DNA of 55,817 bases from Polymyxa betae A26-41 (taxonomy: Eukaryota; Protista; Endomyxa: Phytomyxea). The notes under the pieces were generated by a model, which saw only the letters and a list, made by a program, of their open reading frames with translations, searched no databases and was not told the origin of the DNA. The stretch covers positions 1 to 55,817 of the forward strand of contig RBZT01000096.1 in assembly GCA_003693705.1 (NCBI GenBank). Reading direction: 5' to 3'. This document shows, one piece after another, positions 51,503 through 55,817 of the stretch (position 1 is its first letter; the number at the start of each line of letters is the position of its first letter). The position numbers and the translations under genes were made by a program.

Positions 51503-51548
51503 CATTTTTGAATTCATTTTCATTTTTGAATTCATTTTCATTGTTGAA
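51503..51548. repeat. 18-bp tandem repeat CATTTTTGAATTCATTTT x2.5
   Basis: Two exact copies plus a partial one. Confidence 0.8.
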
Positions 51549-52046
51549 CGAAAAATGTTTTTTACGGTCTTTAAAGGTTTCTTGAGATAAAACCCGAATC
51601 TAGGTTTGAGGATCGGAAAAATGTGAGTTTGCCCAACCTTGGCTACTGGACTAGCTGCGGCCCAGCACGACCTGTGCTCCAGTTTCCCTTTTATATGCGA
51701 CCATTGTGCAGCCTGTTTTGTCCTGTCTCTTTTTATATCATTTTTGTTTTGAATTGGAAAAACGTGGCTCAATTCCGCTTGATCACAGTCTGCCGACTTG
51801 CTTTCAAATGATCACGAAACCCTGACTTGCTTCTTCTTTGTTTTGTAGGCTCTTGTAACAATACTATAAAGCCACAGTTTCCAGTCTATTATTATCTCAA
51901 TAGTCAATTTTCAACAGAATGAGCTCAGGATATGATAATTTCTGATATCCATTTTAACAACCCGTTTGCTGCAACGAAGAATCAAAATAAAACTTCCAAA
52001 TCATAAAATATTGTACAGTGATGTATTGATGTGAAGAGTGAGTATA

Positions 52047-53482
52047 TCAGAAGTTCAGCATACAATTAATATAGTCGGGTATTCCATCATACAAACAATC
52101 TGGCAATGGCATGGGATGGGACAGCACGGCCTGGTGTATCTCGGGGGCAGTATGATTCTCTATGATCCTATAAGTCCGTGTATTCGGGGTCGCATAACGT
52201 AACGGAACATAGCCGAATTCATCGGACTCATTGGCCAATGCGGGATTGTAACGAAGCAGGATAGCAGCGATCTCAGCCTGGTCGTGCTGGGCCGCCGTAT
52301 GTAACAGGTTCTTCTGGCTAGCACGACCTGGGATATCGATATGAAGAAAGAGCGCGCGGCGAATGGGATCGCCGCCACGGCCTTGAATATATCGACCTGC
52401 TTGCTATAAATGAGATCATAGAACAGATAGAAGAACTCCTGATCATGATCTTTAAGATTCAGCACAAACGAAGGAATTGAGCGTAGCGCCTCCAGATCGT
52501 TCAGATTCGCCTCGCGAACGAAAAACAGCAACGCATCGAATGCGGCTTCATTGTCGAGGAGCGGTACGACACGCGGGATATCGATGTGAGCATTGTTACG
52601 GCCTAATTTCCGGAGATATGACATGATATTGAATGCGATTCCGCGCCGATATAATTGTAGGAGTGTGTGAGGATCAGATATCAGAGGAAGGTCAGACAGC
52701 AACTTGTTGATTATGTCCGGTAGCTTAACAGCAGAGGCACCTACAAAACGATTCGGGAATTATTACTATTCAGAATGAAACTTTTATAACTTTAGTTCAT
52801 TTAAAGTTATAAATAGATAGATTATTCATTTTAATTTAGATAAAAAAGCTCAAAGATGAATTTGTTTAAAAAATATATTTTTTAATAAAACATTGTAGTC
52901 TTGATTTATAAACAAAAGATTAAAAATCGTAGAAATCTCACCAAGAGCTGCACGAATATGAGAGGGAATATCATCATCGACAGGCTGACTGAGCTGCAGT
53001 AATATCTGGGTATCGGTGTCATTCAATCCGGAGACCAATGCAGCTCCGGCAACGACTTTGCCGATCCGATCAAGTTCGAGACCATCGATTAGATGCTTCA
53101 GAAGCTGATATCGGACATGAATAGATTCCGGTAATTTGATCACACGTTGTGTTAGATACAGAGATTCAGGCCAGTCTATCCGAGACTGCAGTTCGGGTTG
53201 CTGGTGCTGGCCCAATGACGTTACCATTGATGTTACAGCCGAATCGGGCAATGTTGGATCCAATACACGACGGAGACGGACATGATTGAGCGATAATCGA
53301 TTGAATACACTGGCGGACAGATCTCGAAGCGGAATCCGCTCCAGGATCTGGTCCAGCACGTCTCGCTGTGTCAGGACCTGATCCGGCGACGACATCCAGT
53401 CGAGGTTGCCCACAGCCATATGGGTGGCGGTCGCCAGGACCAGGACGATGGCAGCGGACGCCGACAGATGTGATGTGGTCAT
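52047..53482 (-). CDS. Secreted protein with C-terminal ankyrin repeats (effector candidate); apparent frameshift at ~52366
   Basis: Signal peptide MTTSHLSASAAIVLVLATATHMAVG; AT-rich intron 52941-52741 in frame; ankyrin KNLLHTAAQHDQAEIAAILLRYNPALANESDEFGYVPLRYA lies in the -1 frame. Confidence 0.7.
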
Positions 53483-54531
53483 ATAGAAGACAGATAGGAT
53501 GTCATTTGGTAGGGTTTGTATTGACCCGGGCTGGTGACCGCGGTCGTGCTGCCTCTCGGCATCTGTCCGAAGCCGGATGTGAAGTGTTCGCTACGGTTCG
53601 TGATCGGAAGGCGTTCGACGAGCTCGCCCAAATCGATCGCCTGCACCCGGTCGTACTGGACCTGGAGCAGATCGAGGCCGCGCGCAACGAGGTCAGTGAC
53701 TTTCTCCGACGGGAGAATCTGCAGTTCACGGCTCTGGTGAATAATGCCGGAGTTGTGGAAGTTGGAGCATTTGAAGAGATACCAGCTGATAAGAATGATA
53801 TGGTGTTACAGGTAACGTAACAGCTGACGGGGTGGACTCCCAGAATCCCCTAAACCCTAACCCTCGTACACATTGCCAATCTTGATCATGCCCAGGTGAA
53901 TGTAAATGGGACCATGGCCATGACCAGGGCGTTCCTACCGCTGGTCCGAGCCTCACAGGGACGTATCGTTAATATGGGCAGTATACTGGCCCAGGCCCCA
54001 TCTCCCGGCTTTATCGCTTATTCAAGCTCAAAGATGGCAGTGCGAGGTCAGCTATTTTTCTTTCGTTTTTTTAGTATCTAGAAGCTGTTTTGAAAAGTTT
54101 TGAATTTTTACTCGAAATTTGAGCGTGGTCGCTGTGCAGGTTTTACATTGGGATTGCGAGAGGAGCTGACCCCATGTGGGGTGTCGGTGTCCCTGATAGA
54201 GCCTGGTCCCATACAGACCTCAATGGCTACCAAGACGGATCGCAGCCTTCATAACAACCAGCACGACGCCGTCTATGCCGGCCTCGAACAGTTCTCGAAA
54301 CCCTTCACCGCTCTGCTGTTCAATCAGCTCGCCGCAGTGCCGGAATCGTCCACGAACGACGCCATCGCCCATGCCGTGCTGGCCCGCCGCCCTCGGGTCA
54401 CATATGCACCCGGCAAGTTTATGTTTATGAATCTGGTGGCGGCTGCCTTACCTGCGGCTCTATCTCCATATCGGTTTCTCGTTCAAGCTTATCGTATTCG
54501 GAAGGGACTCGCCCATGGATGGAACCCTTGA
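53473..54531 (+). CDS. Classical SDR (retinol/17-beta-HSD/BDH-like) with a damaged N-terminal glycine motif; introns 53812-53895 and 54047-54139
   Basis: VFATVRD, LVNNAG, VNVNG, GRIVNMGS, YSSSK and VSLIEPGPIQT are present; the expected TGxxxGxG reads TRAGDRG. May be a pseudogene. Confidence 0.8.
53847..53864. repeat. Telomere-like tandem CCCCTAAACCCTAACCCT inside the SDR intron
   Basis: Directly visible, ~30 nt from the 3' splice site. Confidence 0.65.
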
Positions 54532-55817
54532 TGGCAGTGAGATTTTTTTACTTTTGTTGTGCAAAATGAAGTGTTTTCTATAAAGGAAATGGAAGAGATG
54601 TTTACAGATGATGAACAGAAATCGTATTGTTTGTTCGACCCATTTCCAGGGTCTCATACGATTATGAGGGTGGAATAGGGAGCTCTTGTTATGACTTATG
54701 AGGGCGAAGCTGGGCCATTTTAAATCTAGGAAACGAGGTCGAAATCAGCTGTAGCGCAATCGTGCTCCATCATTCTGGCAGAGAAAGGTTTGCAAGGGCT
54801 GGCTGTCATTTAGCAAATGTTATTCTGTGCTGAGCCAAGGTGCTACAAGTATCAATAGAGTGTCATCAATGATGACAAAAGGAAAGTGGAATTGTGACAT
54901 TTATCACAATTACAAAGTAGAATAGGACACGATATAAAAACTGAAAATATTTGTAGAATCTTTGTTCGCCCGAATCGTATTCGTATATATTGTCATCTCT
55001 TGAATTTGTTTTTTTATTTGCTTCATACCCATGTATTTATCTGGTTTATTAAAAAGTCCACATTCAAAGACAATAAATCAATTGCCGAAGAGGAATAGAG
55101 AGAAGGATTTTTGCTCATAAAAACGTGTTTTTGAATGCATACATACTGCATCCAATGGCATAGCTTAGGTTCGTCAATCTGTCCTCCGCTGGATACAAAC
55201 AGTATTCAGGCGACGAAATATATACTGACAATCTGACAAATGGATTCAAATTGAGTCTTGGAGATCTCCGCATCGCTTATCCCAATTCACAGCCTTTAAA
55301 CAGCTTCCGAGAACTGCCAGCTCAATGCTGCAGTATCTGAGACGCTCAGACTGATCCTTCTGGATTGAAACAGGTTTCTACACTCTACCCAAATCAATCA
55401 AACATCGCATTCATTAAGAAAAGGACGGGTCGGACACAGGAATCCAAACCCGACCACCATGACGTTTCTGCCAGTTCCACCTCACGTCAACTTTCGGCTT
55501 TCTTGGACACCTTTTCAGGCTCAACTCTGTGACTTCTGAAGAGCGTGAGGGCTCTTATTAGCGCAATCTCCCAACCCAAATATCATACTGTCGAAGCTTT
55601 CACTATTGGGATGGCTCCATCTATAAATCACCATAACAGGCGATATAAGAAATCCATTTACGCAACTGAATCTCCAGAAAGTTCAAAACCGAAACGCTCA
55701 GTGTCACAGCTTTGCACGGATTAGCAATCTCAAAGATGGAAAATTTCCTATTTTTGGTTTTGACAATGATTGTGTCGTTATATTATAGTTACATAATACG
55801 ACCCTGCTAGGCGTACG

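Noticed and set aside
35062-54531. LOX-like gene, SDR and ADH as an oxylipin biosynthetic cluster
   Set aside because: The genes are 3-12 kb apart with unrelated genes between them, the SDR and ADH carry motif lesions, and there is no evidence of co-regulation.
18-54657. Most short ORFs in the supplied track, including those with GTG/TTG starts
   Set aside because: They are exon fragments running into introns, antisense shadows of real genes, or chance ORFs; prokaryotic start rules do not apply here.
1-55817. Genome-wide stop-codon reassignment
   Set aside because: The conserved genes I spliced fully (kinase, MFS, sorting nexin, RhoGEF, ADH, SET) have no internal stops and end in TAA, TAG or TGA at expected positions; the tRNA anticodon is the standard UUG.
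1-55817. CRISPR arrays, rRNA, spliceosomal snRNAs, intact transposase or reverse transcriptase genes
   Set aside because: No repeat-spacer structure or recognisable motifs were seen by eye.
54540-55817. Possible decayed coding sequence at the right end
   Set aside because: No frame gave a recognisable motif, so no call can be supported.

Overview
This is eukaryotic nuclear DNA with compact genes and short GT-AG introns (about 45-250 nt, often with CTAAC/CTGAC branch sites close to the AG); one intron is GC-AG. The gene content (7TM-RGS, signal-peptide and ankyrin proteins, TTAGGG/TTTAGGG motifs) suggests a non-fungal protist parasite, possibly a plasmodiophorid; that taxon call is inference only. 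Roughly 2-38 kb carries conserved genes that I could read or splice by hand: 7TM-RGS, an STK16-type kinase, an MFSD8-like transporter, a PXA-PX-PXC sorting nexin, golgin-84, a DH-PH-FYVE-DH-PH RhoGEF, tRNA-Gln(UUG), a CAD-like Zn alcohol dehydrogenase and a BTB protein. Decayed 'ghost' coding stretches lie between them. The 38-55 kb part looks accessory: secreted-protein candidates, ankyrin pseudogenes, a Zn2Cys6 mini transcription factor, a SET-domain methyltransferase, an SDR with a damaged N-terminus and short interstitial telomere-like motifs. The best candidate for something new is a 486-aa, PLAT-less, highly divergent lipoxygenase-fold protein (48898-50504, minus strand). It keeps the three iron His residues but has Gly at the Asn/His ligand site, Ile at the Coffa site and a C-terminal Tyr. 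All exon models are manual and unverified by RNA data.
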